Assembly (NCBI GenBank): GCA_965223505.1
Contig: CBDCWP010000026.1
Location: 64,001 to 128,000, forward strand
Length of the DNA: 64,000 nt
From: Planctomycetota bacterium
Lineage (GTDB): Bacteria; Planctomycetota; PLA2; JAEUHO01
Reading direction: 5' to 3'
Positions 1 through 10,495 of the stretch are shown here, one piece after another. A program made the translations under genes and the position numbers. How positions within the stretch are numbered: position 1 is the stretch's first letter; every line of letters begins with the position of its first letter. The notes below the pieces were generated by a model, which saw nothing but the letters and a program-made list of their open reading frames with translations, was not told the origin of the DNA and did not search any database.

Positions 1-369
1 TGGATCCTGCGCATCACGAGCAACCTGTGCCGCAACCGCATCGCGAGCCGCAAGGTGCGCAGCAGCCTGCTCGACCCCACCGGCGGCGACGACGAGCGGC
101 CGGAGCCCGTGGGCCGCCCGGCTGCGGCGCGTCCGAGCCTCGAGGCGCCGGAGCAGGTGCGGGTGCGTGAGGCCATCGACGCGCTGCCGGAGAAGTACCG
201 CCTCGTCGTGGTGCTGCGCTACCTGCACGACCTGCCCCTGGAGGAGATCTCGGGCATCACCGGCACGCCGGTGGCGACCGTGAAGACCCATCTCCATCGG
301 GGCCGGGCGGCGCTGCGCAAGCTGCTGGCCCCTGAAACCGACCCGCCGCCGGGCGGTACGGAGGACTGA
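1..369 (+). CDS. ECF RNA polymerase sigma factor (5' truncated by window edge)
   Basis: Frame open from base 1 (WILRITSNLCRN, region 2); region 4 LPEKYRLVVVLRY...LEEIS...TVKTHLHRGR. Confidence 0.9.
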   Translation, partial: WILRITSNLCRNRIASRKVRSSLLDPTGGDDERPEPVGRPAAARPSLEAPEQVRVREAIDALPEKYRLVVVLRYLHDLPLEEISGITGTPVATVKTHLHRGRAALRKLLAPETDPPPGGTED

Positions 370-371
370 CC

Positions 372-959
372 ATGTCGAACGACCGCCCCCCCACTGACGG
401 CGCTGCGCCCGGCGAGATCCCCTGGGTCGCGCTGGAGCAGCTGGCCGCCGGCGAGCTGAGCGCCGAGGCCGCGAAGGCCCTTCGAACCCGCATCGACGCC
501 GATCCGACGTTGCGCTCGGCCTACGCGCAGGTGGAGCACATCGAGGCGGCGCTTCGCGGCGAGCCCCTCTGGCAGGCGCCGCTCGGCTTGACGCAGCGCG
601 TTCTCGAGAGCGTCGTTCCGCGGCGAAGCAGCCGGGTGGCGACGTTCGCCCGCGTTGCGGCGGCGGTCCTCGTCTTCTTCTCGAGCTGGATCGCTCTCTC
701 GGGGACGGCGCCGGCGTGGGCGGACGTGCGGCGACCCGCGCCCGTGCTCGAGTCGGTGCCGAGCGTCACGCCCCATTTGGAGCTGACCCGGTCGCCGGCG
801 GTCCTGCTCGACGTCGCGGCGCCGGATGCGCTGTCCGAAGCGAGCATCGGCGCAGCGGTGCCGATGCTGGCCGGCGTCCTGGTGTTGGCGGTCGGCATGG
901 TCCTGTTGCTGCGCGCGCACCGGCGCGCTTCGGTTGTCTCGAAGGGTGGTGTTCGATGA
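372..959 (+). CDS. Putative membrane anti-sigma factor
   Basis: Directly after ECF sigma; N-terminal GELS...helical segment, two hydrophobic TM stretches. Confidence 0.65.
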   Translation: MSNDRPPTDGAAPGEIPWVALEQLAAGELSAEAAKALRTRIDADPTLRSAYAQVEHIEAALRGEPLWQAPLGLTQRVLESVVPRRSSRVATFARVAAAVLVFFSSWIALSGTAPAWADVRRPAPVLESVPSVTPHLELTRSPAVLLDVAAPDALSEASIGAAVPMLAGVLVLAVGMVLLLRAHRRASVVSKGGVR

Positions 960-1609
960 GTGCCCGGGTGCTTCGACGTCTCGTGATCGCGGGATGTGTG
1001 GTGCTGTGCCTGTTCGTCCTCGTACCGGCGGTGAACGCGTTCGGCGGTGAGGCGGAGGGCGGCAACGGAGACGGGGATGCGGCGAAACAGCTTGCGCAGG
1101 TTGCACTCGTCATACTGCTCGGCGTGATGGTGGCGCTGGGGATGGGCGGCGCCACCGCGCTGATCCGCGTCATCTTGCCCGGCGTCGCGAAGGCCACGGA
1201 TGCGTCGGTCCGACGGTTGAGCACGTCGCGTCTCCTGCTGTTCGGGGTGGTGCCGCTCGTCGGCTCGTGGCTGATCGCCTGGGGGGTCGGTGCGACGGGG
1301 AACGCGGTGTTGGGCGGTGTGTACGCCCTGCTCGTCGGGATCCCCGTCTTCCTCGCCGTCGTCGCCGGCATGCTGGCGGCGCTTCCGCACATCGGCGCGC
1401 ACCTGTTGAAGGACGGGAACGAGGCCGGCATGTTGAAACGCTGCCTGGTCGGTGGGCTGGTGTTGGGCCTCTCGCAGATCACGTGGATCCTGCCGCCGCT
1501 GGGGCTGCTGGTCGGCGTGCTGCTGCTCAGCTGGTTCACGGGCATCGGCGCCGGCAGCGTCGTACGTCCGCGTGAGACGGCCGTGCGCGCGGAGGAATCT
1601 CCGGTTTAG
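956..1609 (+). CDS. Multi-pass membrane protein
   Basis: ATG overlaps upstream stop (ATGA); several hydrophobic helices. Confidence 0.7.
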   Translation: MSARVLRRLVIAGCVVLCLFVLVPAVNAFGGEAEGGNGDGDAAKQLAQVALVILLGVMVALGMGGATALIRVILPGVAKATDASVRRLSTSRLLLFGVVPLVGSWLIAWGVGATGNAVLGGVYALLVGIPVFLAVVAGMLAALPHIGAHLLKDGNEAGMLKRCLVGGLVLGLSQITWILPPLGLLVGVLLLSWFTGIGAGSVVRPRETAVRAEESPV

Positions 1610-1665
1610 CGGCGCGACCACGCGAACCGAGCTTCGGGGTTGATCCGCGCTAGGCTAGTGCCGTC

Positions 1666-4230
1666 ATGGTGGACTTCGGCGACCTGGCCTTCCGCCTCTC
1701 GGAAGCTACGGATACGTCCACGGCGGCTGAGCGGCTTGCGGAGTACCTGCGCGAGCTGGCGCCCGCGGCAGCGGTGCGTGCGTATGTGTTGGGCCCAGGC
1801 GACCTCTGCGGCACGTGTCCCCGGGCCAAGGACTGCGAGGCGCGCGACCGATGCTTCCATCTCGAGGCGAGCCACGGCGAGTTCGCCCGTCCCCGCGGCC
1901 ACGATCAGCGCGTCCCGCGGGTCGGCACGCGGTGGGGAGAGGTCGAAAGCGACGTCGTCGTGCTCAACGGCGAGATGCCGCCGGAACTTCAGGCAGAAGG
2001 GGCCGAGGACGAGACGAGCCTGCTCGTGCCGATGCAGAGCGGTGGCGAGGTCGTCGGCGTGGTCGGCGTACGCGGGCCGGAAGAGGCGGTCCTTGCGCTC
2101 CAGGATCGCGCGCAAGCTGCGGCCTATCTGACAGCCGCGTCGGTGCGGTCGCTTCGAAGCCGCTTGACCGCCACGCGCCGGTTCGAGCAGTTGCTGCTCG
2201 TCAACGAGCTCGGCCGCAAGGTCAACTCGATCCTCAACGACGAGCTGTTGCTGCGTCAAGCCGCCGTGGACATTCACCGAACGTTCGGCTTCCACAACGT
2301 GATGATCTTCATGGTCGACGACACGCGCTCGAGCCTGGAGCTTCGCGCGCAGGCGTCGCGGGCGGTCAATCCCACCACAGCGGACTCGAAGGTCGCGCTC
2401 GGCGAGGGCATCGTCGGCCGCGTGTACCGCACAGGCCGTACGGAGTCGGTCGACGACGTGCGCCGCGAGAAGGACTACGTCGATTGGTATTCCGACACGC
2501 GAAGCGAGATGGCGGTGCCCATCCAGATCGGCGGCGTTGTCGAGGGCGTGCTCAACGTCGAGTCGGACCATGTCGGCGCGTTCGGGCCGAGCGACAACCT
2601 GGTGCTCGAGACCGTATCCAACCAGCTCGCCATCGCCATCGAGAACGCGCGCCTGTTCAGCATGGTGAAGGAACGCGAGGACCGCTATCGCACGCTGGTC
2701 GAGTCGAGCCCCGGCGGGGTGCTGCACCTCGACACCGAGGGGCGGATCATCTACGCGAACCCCGCCGTCACCGAGATCACCGGCTACGAGAAGAGCCACA
2801 TCCTCTCCCGCATGAGCGGGCTGAGCGACCTGGCCGTCGAAAGCGACGGCGAGCTGCTCAAGGATGCGGTGTCGAGCGCGCTGCGCGGCTTGCCGAGCCG
2901 CGATCTCGAGTTTCACGTCGTTCACGCGGACGGCGATACGAAGTGGATCAGCGCGTCGCTGCAGCCGCTCATCGGGGAACACGGCGACCCCAAGGGCGTG
3001 GTCGTGCTGGCGCGCGACAAGACGCGCGAGCGCGAGCTGCAGGAGAAGCTGACGCAGTCGGAGAAGCTCAGCGCCATCGGCACGCTGGTGAGCGGCGTCG
3101 CGCACGAGCTCAACAACCCGCTCGCCGGCATTCTCGGCTTCGCGCAGCTGCTGCTGGGACGACCACCCGCCGAGTGGACACGCCAGGACATCGAAAAGGT
3201 CGAGAAGAACGCGCGACGCTGCCAGCGCATCGTCGAGAACCTGCTCGCGTTCGCCCGCCAGAGCCGCATGACGAAGCGCCGCGCGAACATCAACGAGGTC
3301 ATCGACTCTGTGCTCAACCTGAACGAGTACCAGTTCCGGATGGACAACGTCGAGATCCTGCGCGACTTCGACTCGCGTGTCCCGTCGTTCCCGCTCGACG
3401 TGAACCGCTGGCAGCAGGTGTTCATCAATCTGGCCTCGAACGCCCACCAAGCACTGCTCAACAGCAACGCCGAGACGCGGCAGATCTCGTTCGAGACGCG
3501 GCTGCTGGACTCGACCGTCCGCATTCGGGTCCGCGACACCGGCCCGGGCATCCCCGAGCATCTGCGCCGCCGGGTCTTCGAGCCGTTCTTCACCACAAAG
3601 GACAAGGGCACCGGGCTGGGCCTGGGCATTTGCTTCGGCATCGTCCAGGAGCACGGCGGCAGCATCGAACACGAGACCGGCGCGGACGGCGGCGCGGCGT
3701 TCGTCATCGAGGTGCCCGTGAGCGACTCGCCGGAATTCGTCGCGAGCGCGTCGGTCATGCCCGCGCGCTCGTCGTCACGCGCCGGCGAAGGCCGACGGGT
3801 TCTGGTCGTCGACGACGACGCGTACGTCTGCGATGTCGTCATGCGCGCACTCCAGAACCACCACTACATCGTGACGATCGCGCGCGACGGCAGCGAGGCG
3901 CTGCACCGCCTCAAGGAAGAGGACTTCGACGTCGTCGTCTCGGACGTGCGCATGCCGGGCGACGTCGACGGCATCGAGCTCTTCGACTACTACGTGAGCC
4001 GGCATCCGGAGTTCGCGGACCGGTTCATCTTCATGACGGGCAACCTGCTCGACACGCGCACCATGGGCCGCTTGGAGAGCATGCACGTACGCTTCGTCGA
4101 GAAGCCCTTCGACATCCATCACCTCGCGAGCATCGTGAACGACATCGCGAGCGGCGCCCCCGTCGCCGGAAAGACCGGCGCGGAGGTCGAGGACGCCGAC
4201 GCGACACTGCCGCGCGCGGACGGGGCGTAG
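1666..4230 (+). CDS. Hybrid sensor histidine kinase (GAF-GAF-PAS-HisKA-HATPase-REC)
   Basis: AHELNNPL H-box, QVFINL N-box, DTGPG, FEPFFTTK, GTGLGL; C-terminal receiver VLVVDDD...DVRMPG...KPF. Confidence 0.93.
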   Translation: MVDFGDLAFRLSEATDTSTAAERLAEYLRELAPAAAVRAYVLGPGDLCGTCPRAKDCEARDRCFHLEASHGEFARPRGHDQRVPRVGTRWGEVESDVVVLNGEMPPELQAEGAEDETSLLVPMQSGGEVVGVVGVRGPEEAVLALQDRAQAAAYLTAASVRSLRSRLTATRRFEQLLLVNELGRKVNSILNDELLLRQAAVDIHRTFGFHNVMIFMVDDTRSSLELRAQASRAVNPTTADSKVALGEGIVGRVYRTGRTESVDDVRREKDYVDWYSDTRSEMAVPIQIGGVVEGVLNVESDHVGAFGPSDNLVLETVSNQLAIAIENARLFSMVKEREDRYRTLVESSPGGVLHLDTEGRIIYANPAVTEITGYEKSHILSRMSGLSDLAVESDGELLKDAVSSALRGLPSRDLEFHVVHADGDTKWISASLQPLIGEHGDPKGVVVLARDKTRERELQEKLTQSEKLSAIGTLVSGVAHELNNPLAGILGFAQLLLGRPPAEWTRQDIEKVEKNARRCQRIVENLLAFARQSRMTKRRANINEVIDSVLNLNEYQFRMDNVEILRDFDSRVPSFPLDVNRWQQVFINLASNAHQALLNSNAETRQISFETRLLDSTVRIRVRDTGPGIPEHLRRRVFEPFFTTKDKGTGLGLGICFGIVQEHGGSIEHETGADGGAAFVIEVPVSDSPEFVASASVMPARSSSRAGEGRRVLVVDDDAYVCDVVMRALQNHHYIVTIARDGSEALHRLKEEDFDVVVSDVRMPGDVDGIELFDYYVSRHPEFADRFIFMTGNLLDTRTMGRLESMHVRFVEKPFDIHHLASIVNDIASGAPVAGKTGAEVEDADATLPRADGA

Positions 4231-4293
4231 CCGAACACCCCGCGGTGGGGAATCCCTGCCGCACCCCGGCGCGCTCGCGTCAATAATGCGCGC

Positions 4294-5253
4294 ATGACGA
4301 CGTACTGGGACTACATCCGCGTCGACGATCTTCTGCGATTGCAGAACGGACTCGAAGACGACGACGCGAAGATCTCGAACCACGAGGTGCTCTTCATCAC
4401 GGTGCACCAGGTCTACGAGCTCTGGTTCAAAGTCGTACTACGAGAGCTGATCACGCTGCGCGACCTGTTCAACGAGCCGGTTCCGGAGCGGGAGATCCCG
4501 GCCGCGTGCCGTTCTATCGATCGCGTGACCACGGTCTTGCGCGTGGCGGTGTCGCACTTCGAGGTGATGGAGACGCTCAACACGCGTGACTACCTCGACT
4601 TCCGCGACAAGCTGTTCCCGGCCAGCGGCTTTCAGTCGGCGCAGATGCGGCGCATCGAGGACCTGCTCGGGATCAAGGACGAGCATCGCGACCACGAGTA
4701 CTTCAAGCAGGTCGAGGGACTCAAGGCCGCGGGCGCGTTCAAGGCGCCGCCGCCGCCCGGCGTGACGCTCAAGCAGGCGCTCGGCGAGTGGCTGCATCGC
4801 ACGCCGATCCGCGGATCGACGGCTGGCCGCGACGGCGACGACGAGGTCGTCGACGAGTTCCTGGCCTGGTACCAGCAGACGGTCGACGGCGACGACGCGT
4901 TCTTCGCGCCGGAGGATCGCCGCGAGCGCCGCATCCGCGCAGCCATCCTGTTCATCGAGGCGTACCACGAGTTGCATCTGCTCGAGTGGCCGCACCGGGT
5001 GCTGACGGGGTTCTTGAACCTGGAGCAGGCGTTCGTCATGTTCCGCCAGCGCCACGCGCGCATGGTGGAGCGCGTGATCGGCCGCCGTGTCGGTACGGGC
5101 GGCAGCTCCGGCGTCGACTACCTCGATCGAACGGCGTCGTACCGCGTGTTCAACGACCTGTGGGCCGCGCGCGGCCTGCTGCTGAAGAAGAGCGACATTC
5201 CGCCGTTGCCCGACGAGATCCGGACGCAGTACGAGTTCAGCGAATCGTTCTAG
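4294..5253 (+). CDS. kynA: Tryptophan 2,3-dioxygenase family protein
   Basis: FITVHQVYELWFK, PASGFQSAQ, RHARMVERVIG...GTGGSSGVDYL. Confidence 0.92.
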   Translation: MTTYWDYIRVDDLLRLQNGLEDDDAKISNHEVLFITVHQVYELWFKVVLRELITLRDLFNEPVPEREIPAACRSIDRVTTVLRVAVSHFEVMETLNTRDYLDFRDKLFPASGFQSAQMRRIEDLLGIKDEHRDHEYFKQVEGLKAAGAFKAPPPPGVTLKQALGEWLHRTPIRGSTAGRDGDDEVVDEFLAWYQQTVDGDDAFFAPEDRRERRIRAAILFIEAYHELHLLEWPHRVLTGFLNLEQAFVMFRQRHARMVERVIGRRVGTGGSSGVDYLDRTASYRVFNDLWAARGLLLKKSDIPPLPDEIRTQYEFSESF

Positions 5254-5262
5254 AATCAGCCG

Positions 5263-6891
5263 ATGCGACTTCGCGTCCTTGCCTGGCTCTTGCTCGTGGG
5301 ACTCTCCGCATGCGGAGGAACGTCAGGCTCGACGCCGCAGCCGCCGTCCTCGCCCCCCGGCGACGAGAGTGTCATCCTTCCGCCGCCGACGTCCGCGGCG
5401 TTGTTGGCATTCGAGCCGTTCAACTACCCTGACACGTCCTATCCGTCGGGCTTGAGCGGCCAGGAGGGCGGGTTCGGCTTCGCCCATCCGTGGAACGACG
5501 CGGACGGGGACGTTCAAGACCGCGTCATCGGCGGCGATCAGCTCGTTGTCACGAGTCCGCTGGCGCCGCCGTCCACCGGCGGACGCTCGATTCACTTCGG
5601 GACGTCGAGTACCGCGATCTTCCGCGATCTCGATACCGAGTACGGCGCGGACGACACCGAGATCTGGGTGAGCGTGCGTTGGATCTCGACGGACACCGCG
5701 GCGTCGGAGGGACTACAGGTGATCGACTTCAACCGCGCCGACGGCGGGTTCGGCACGGTCGTCGGACAGATTCGTGGTCTCGCGAACGACGACCTGCTCG
5801 ATGGGATGTACGAGGTCGGGCACCACCCCACGCGAACGAGCGCGGATCTCGGCCCCCGTGACCAGGCGGCCCACTTCCTCGTCCTACGTTTCACCTTCGG
5901 CGTCGGCGACGTAGACACCGTCGACGCATGGATCGACCCGACGGACGGTGGATTCGATCGCGTCGCGTCCGACGCGACGGTGCAGGCGACGAACGCCGCG
6001 TTCAGCCGCGTGACGCTCCGTTCCGCCGCGGCGGACAGTATCGATGAATTGCGGATCGGCACGACGAAGAACGCCGTGATCCAGCCCTCGCAGCGCATGA
6101 CCGTCTACCGGATCGGCAACAGTCTCACGTGGGACTCGCAGCCCAACGGCATCGAGGCGCTCGCCGGTCAGCGGCAGTACTTGCACGACGAGGGGTACCA
6201 CATCCGCTGCGGCCAGACGCTCGAGAACATCTGGGCCGTTCCGAACGACACGTGCGTTGCGCCGGTGCCGGAGTACGGAACGTTCACGGGCGCCCTGAGC
6301 ACGAAGACCTGGAACGCCGTCACGATGCAACCGTTTCCCGGGGGCACGTCGACGCTGCTGGACGACGAGGAAACGATCCTGAACATGATCGATCTCGCGC
6401 GGCAGCATGCCGGCAACGCGAAGACGCGCTACTACATCTACGCGGCGTGGCCACAGCGCACGAACTACGCCGCCTCTTGGGACCGTGCCGTTGCCGACGA
6501 CGACGCGGCGCCGACGGTCATGGCTCGCGAGTACTTCGAGCATCTCGTGACGCGGGTTCGCGACGCAACGGGGGCCGCGGTGTACGTCATTCCCGTGGGC
6601 GAGGTGCTCTACGAGCTGGACGGGCGCTTGCGCGCCGGACAGGTTCCCGGCCTCACGGGCATTGCCGACCTCTACCGCGACGACACGCACCTCGCGCTGG
6701 ACACGGGGCGTTTCGTCGCGGGGCTGACCGTGTTCAGCACGCTCTACGCCCAGGATCCGAGCGGGATCGTCAAGCCGGAGCAGTACTACGGCGCGAGCGA
6801 CCTGCCGTTCACGGCGGAGCTCTACGCAGCCGTGTACGGCGCGGTTTGGACGGTCGTCTCCACACACCCGGCCACCGGCGTCGCGCCCTGA
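5263..6891 (+). CDS. Lipoprotein with C-terminal SGNH-like hydrolase domain
   Basis: Lipobox LSAC; IGNSLT block and D-x-x-H (RDDTH). Confidence 0.65.
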   Translation: MRLRVLAWLLLVGLSACGGTSGSTPQPPSSPPGDESVILPPPTSAALLAFEPFNYPDTSYPSGLSGQEGGFGFAHPWNDADGDVQDRVIGGDQLVVTSPLAPPSTGGRSIHFGTSSTAIFRDLDTEYGADDTEIWVSVRWISTDTAASEGLQVIDFNRADGGFGTVVGQIRGLANDDLLDGMYEVGHHPTRTSADLGPRDQAAHFLVLRFTFGVGDVDTVDAWIDPTDGGFDRVASDATVQATNAAFSRVTLRSAAADSIDELRIGTTKNAVIQPSQRMTVYRIGNSLTWDSQPNGIEALAGQRQYLHDEGYHIRCGQTLENIWAVPNDTCVAPVPEYGTFTGALSTKTWNAVTMQPFPGGTSTLLDDEETILNMIDLARQHAGNAKTRYYIYAAWPQRTNYAASWDRAVADDDAAPTVMAREYFEHLVTRVRDATGAAVYVIPVGEVLYELDGRLRAGQVPGLTGIADLYRDDTHLALDTGRFVAGLTVFSTLYAQDPSGIVKPEQYYGASDLPFTAELYAAVYGAVWTVVSTHPATGVAP

Positions 6892-6939
6892 AGGAGCGAG
6901 CCGCCTCGCCTTGGCTCGTGCATGGGTCTGCGGGCGCCG

Positions 6940-7104
6940 TCACTCCCCATCGGGCGCGCAGGGGCAGATCATCGGGTCGTAGGAACCGCGCAGGGCGATG
7001 CCGTCTTGCAGAACGGCGTTCGAGTCCGAGGTCCACTGGGTCCCGTACCCACCCGCGGTGCACCCCGTGGCGAGCAGAACCAGGGCCGGAATCACGTAGC
7101 GCAT
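6940..7104 (-). CDS. Small 54-aa putative lipoprotein (not in ORF track)
   Basis: MRYVIPALVLLATGC...CPCAPDGE*; AGGAGG RBS upstream of ATG; lipobox-like ATGC. Confidence 0.6.
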   Translation of the reverse strand: MRYVIPALVLLATGCTAGGYGTQWTSDSNAVLQDGIALRGSYDPMICPCAPDGE

Positions 7105-7257
7105 GACACCCTCCTGCCGACAGTCCGTCCCTTGCGTGAGGCCATTGGAGGGGCGACTCTCGAGGTCGCCCGCGAGCAGCCACGTCCGGCCGCACCCCGG
7201 TCCGCGGGCGGGGTCAAGCCTCGCCCCTACGGCAACCCGGCTCGCCGGGCGCTGCGA

Positions 7258-8271
7258 TCAACCGCCGATGTAGGACATCTCCACCTTCGGCAGGTCGTCG
7301 GTGCCCTCGGTGCGCAGCTCCGAATATCGGTCCGCGCGCGCCTGCCAGATCTCGCGCAGCAGGACACCCAGCTCGTCCTCGCGCGCACCCGCGCGCAGCG
7401 GGGTCTTCAGGTCGTGGCCTTCCGCCGCAAACAAGCAGGTGTACAGCTTGCCGTCCGCCGACAGCCGCGCGCGGTGACAGCCGCGGCAGAACGGCTGCGT
7501 CACGGACGAGATGAAACCGATCTCGCCTTCGCCGTCCGCGTAGCGGTAACGGCGCGCGACCTCGCCGGGGTAGTTCGGATCCACAGGCTCGAGCGGCATC
7601 TCGGCGTGGATCCGCGTCGCCAGCTCGCCCGACGGCACGACGTCTTCGAGCCGCCAACCGTTCTTCGTACCGACGTCCATGTACTCGATGAAGCGCAAGA
7701 TCACCGGCCGGCCTCGGAAGTGCCGCGCCATCGGCACGACGTCGTGATCGTTGACGCCGCGCTTGACGACCATGTTGACCTTGACCTGAAGCCCAGCCTC
7801 GATCGCGGCATCGATGCCGGCGATGACGCGCTCGACCGGGAAGTCGACGTCGTTCATGGACCGGAACACGTCGTCACGCAACGAGTCGCAGCTCACGGTG
7901 ACGCGTCCCAACCCGGCTTCGTACAGATCGCCGGCCTTGCGCGCAAGCAGCGAGCCATTCGTCGTGACGGCGATGTCGTCGATCTCGTCGATCTCGACGA
8001 GTCCCTTGATCAACCACTCGATTTCCTTGCGCAGCAAGGGCTCACCGCCGGTGAGTCGGATCTTGCGAACGCCCAGCGGGACGGCGGCCTTCACGATGGT
8101 CTGGATCTCGCCGTACTTGAGCAGCTCGCTGCGTTCCATGAACGCGAAGTCGGCGCCGAAGGACTCCTTCGGCAGACAGTACGGACAGCGAAAGTTGCAG
8201 CGGTCCGTGACCGAGATGCGCAGGTCGCGCAGCGGCCGCTCGAATCGATCTCGAACCGTGGAGTCGCTCAC
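7258..8271 (-). CDS. moaA: GTP 3',8-cyclase (radical SAM)
   Basis: LRISVTDRCNFRCPYC, RLTGGEP, C-terminal CxxC...C and MSYIGG. Confidence 0.96.
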   Translation of the reverse strand: MSDSTVRDRFERPLRDLRISVTDRCNFRCPYCLPKESFGADFAFMERSELLKYGEIQTIVKAAVPLGVRKIRLTGGEPLLRKEIEWLIKGLVEIDEIDDIAVTTNGSLLARKAGDLYEAGLGRVTVSCDSLRDDVFRSMNDVDFPVERVIAGIDAAIEAGLQVKVNMVVKRGVNDHDVVPMARHFRGRPVILRFIEYMDVGTKNGWRLEDVVPSGELATRIHAEMPLEPVDPNYPGEVARRYRYADGEGEIGFISSVTQPFCRGCHRARLSADGKLYTCLFAAEGHDLKTPLRAGAREDELGVLLREIWQARADRYSELRTEGTDDLPKVEMSYIGG

Positions 8272-8284
8272 GTCGGGATGATAC

Positions 8285-10291
8285 CTACGGCACGAACGTG
8301 TCCGTCACTTCGCGCGCGACCGCCCCCTTCTCCGTGGCCATGACGACCAGGGGAACGTCGACGCTTCGGATCCGGCAGCTGCCCTCGTCCTTGCACACGT
8401 AGTAGAGCAGCCGCAGCGTCGCCGCCGTGACGGCCATGGTGACGGCCGGCATCTCGATCGTCGTCGTGGCGCCCTGGATCTTCGCCTCGACGGGCTCACC
8501 CCACCCCTCGACGCGAAGCGCCGACGGCGCGCCGGGCGTGAGCTTCCAACCCGCCGGCAAGTCGAGCTTGATCGTCAGCTTCGTCGTCTCGCCGGAACGG
8601 ACGGTGAGCGGCCGCGCGAACGCGAGCTCGGTCTCCGCGAGGTCCGGCCAAGCGCCGACGCCGCCGGAGCGCGCCATCTCCTGCGGGATCGGAACACCTT
8701 CGAGCTTGAGCGTTGCGACCTTGCGCGTCTGCAGGTCGATGGTGCGGATCGCGTGGTTGTTGGTGTCGGCGACGTAGATCGTGTCGCCCAGCACGTCGAG
8801 GCCGCCCGGTTCGGAGAAGGTCCCCTTTGCGTCGTCGAAGCCGGGCGCGTCCACGCCCCAAAGCGACGTGACCACTCTCGTCTTCGGATCGACGGACTTG
8901 ATCTTGTGGTTGTAGGAGTCGGCCACGTAGAGCAAGCCGCCGTGAACCGCGACGCCCAACGCGTGCTCGAAACGACGACCGGGACCGACGCCGTCCTCGT
9001 CTCCGAAGTAGAAGAGGTTGCGCGGGTTCTCCGGGATGGCGCCCGCGAGCGTCTCGACGGGGCCGCTGAGCCCCACGCGCACGATGCTGCTCGACTCGCT
9101 GTCGGCGACGTACATCCACGTCCCGTCCCACGCGAGACCCGAGGGCTGCGCGAACGCGGCGCGTGTCAGCGTGTAGTGGTCGAGCCGTTGTTCGCTGCCG
9201 TCACCGGCAAACCGTTCCACCGCGTCGGTCTTGGGGTCGTACAGCCACAGCTGATGGGTGCCGGCCATGGCGATGTAGAGCTTGTCCTCGATCCAGAGCA
9301 CGTCCCAGGGGCTGGCCAGCTTCGCTTCCTTGGCGGGATGCACGCCCTCACGCAAGCGGCCCTGCTCGCCGGTGCCGGAGACCGTGCTCACGACGCCCGT
9401 CTTCAGATCGATCTTGCGAATCGCATGGTTCTGGGTGTCGGCGACCCAGAGCGCGTCGTTGCGAAGGTCCATGCCCTGCGGCCGGAAGAAGCGCGCCTTG
9501 CCGGGCAAGCCGTCGACGAGCCCGCGGGCGCCGTCCCCCCAGGCGCGTCGGAACGCGCCGTCGAGACCGACCTCGACGATGCGGTTGTGGTTGCTGTCGG
9601 CGATGAAGAGCCGTTTGCCCGTGGCGTCCGCGAGGACCTTGCCGGGGTAGGCGAGCTGGCCGGTTGGGCGCGCGGCCTGTTCGAGGCGAACGGGGAGCGG
9701 GTCGGTGTTGAGGATCTGCTTGTCGGCAAAGTGTTCGAGGAGCGCCTGGATCAGCCCGTCGAGCTCTTCTCGACGGCCCTCGCCCCGCAGCTGCCCCAGG
9801 ATGCGGCCGTCCGGCGCGATGACGACGAACGTCGGCCAGGAGCGCGCTCCGAACGAGCGCCAGATCGCGTGATCACCGTCGTTGACGACGGGGTGCTCGA
9901 TCTCGTAGCGCCGGACCGCTTCGCGGATGTTTTCCAGGTCGCGTTCGTTGGTGAACTTGGCGCTGTGGACGCCGACGAAGGCGACGGCCTTCTCCTCGTA
10001 CTTGCGCTCGAGGAACTCGAGATCGGGAAGCACGTGGATGCAGTTGATGCAGCAGTAGCACCAGAAGTCGAGGATGACGACCTTGCCGCGGAGCTCGCGT
10101 TCGAGCGAGAGCGGGCGCGAGACGTTGAGCCAGTCGCGCCCGTCCGGAAAGTCGGGCGCCTTCGGCGCGTCGGCGAGGTTGTCCTTCACGACCTGGCGGG
10201 CCCAGTCGAGCGCGGACTCGTCCTCGTCCGCGTGCGCGAGCGGCGCGAGGAGCAGTGCCGTCAAGGTGAGTGCGAGGGGGACGTGCTTCAT
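8285..10291 (-). CDS. Secreted thioredoxin-like + NHL beta-propeller protein (NHLRC2-like)
   Basis: Signal peptide; DFWCYCCINC; repeated ADSNHNRI/ADTQNHAIR/ADSYNHKIK. Confidence 0.88.
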   Translation of the reverse strand: MKHVPLALTLTALLLAPLAHADEDESALDWARQVVKDNLADAPKAPDFPDGRDWLNVSRPLSLERELRGKVVILDFWCYCCINCIHVLPDLEFLERKYEEKAVAFVGVHSAKFTNERDLENIREAVRRYEIEHPVVNDGDHAIWRSFGARSWPTFVVIAPDGRILGQLRGEGRREELDGLIQALLEHFADKQILNTDPLPVRLEQAARPTGQLAYPGKVLADATGKRLFIADSNHNRIVEVGLDGAFRRAWGDGARGLVDGLPGKARFFRPQGMDLRNDALWVADTQNHAIRKIDLKTGVVSTVSGTGEQGRLREGVHPAKEAKLASPWDVLWIEDKLYIAMAGTHQLWLYDPKTDAVERFAGDGSEQRLDHYTLTRAAFAQPSGLAWDGTWMYVADSESSSIVRVGLSGPVETLAGAIPENPRNLFYFGDEDGVGPGRRFEHALGVAVHGGLLYVADSYNHKIKSVDPKTRVVTSLWGVDAPGFDDAKGTFSEPGGLDVLGDTIYVADTNNHAIRTIDLQTRKVATLKLEGVPIPQEMARSGGVGAWPDLAETELAFARPLTVRSGETTKLTIKLDLPAGWKLTPGAPSALRVEGWGEPVEAKIQGATTTIEMPAVTMAVTAATLRLLYYVCKDEGSCRIRSVDVPLVVMATEKGAVAREVTDTFVP

Positions 10292-10495
10292 TGACGGCTC
10301 AGGATACGGCTGCGCGAACGGCTGCTGGAACCCGGTCCGCCCCGGTGAGGCGCGAATGCTGCCGAGGCACGAGTGCGCTGCGGTCGGCGGCGCACGCAGA
10401 ACGCCGCCCAGGTCGTTCCCGGGGCCCCCCAGCAGGACATCGCGCGAAGCGCACGGGAGGATACGCCCGACCCGAAAATCGAGGGTGCCGCCCTG

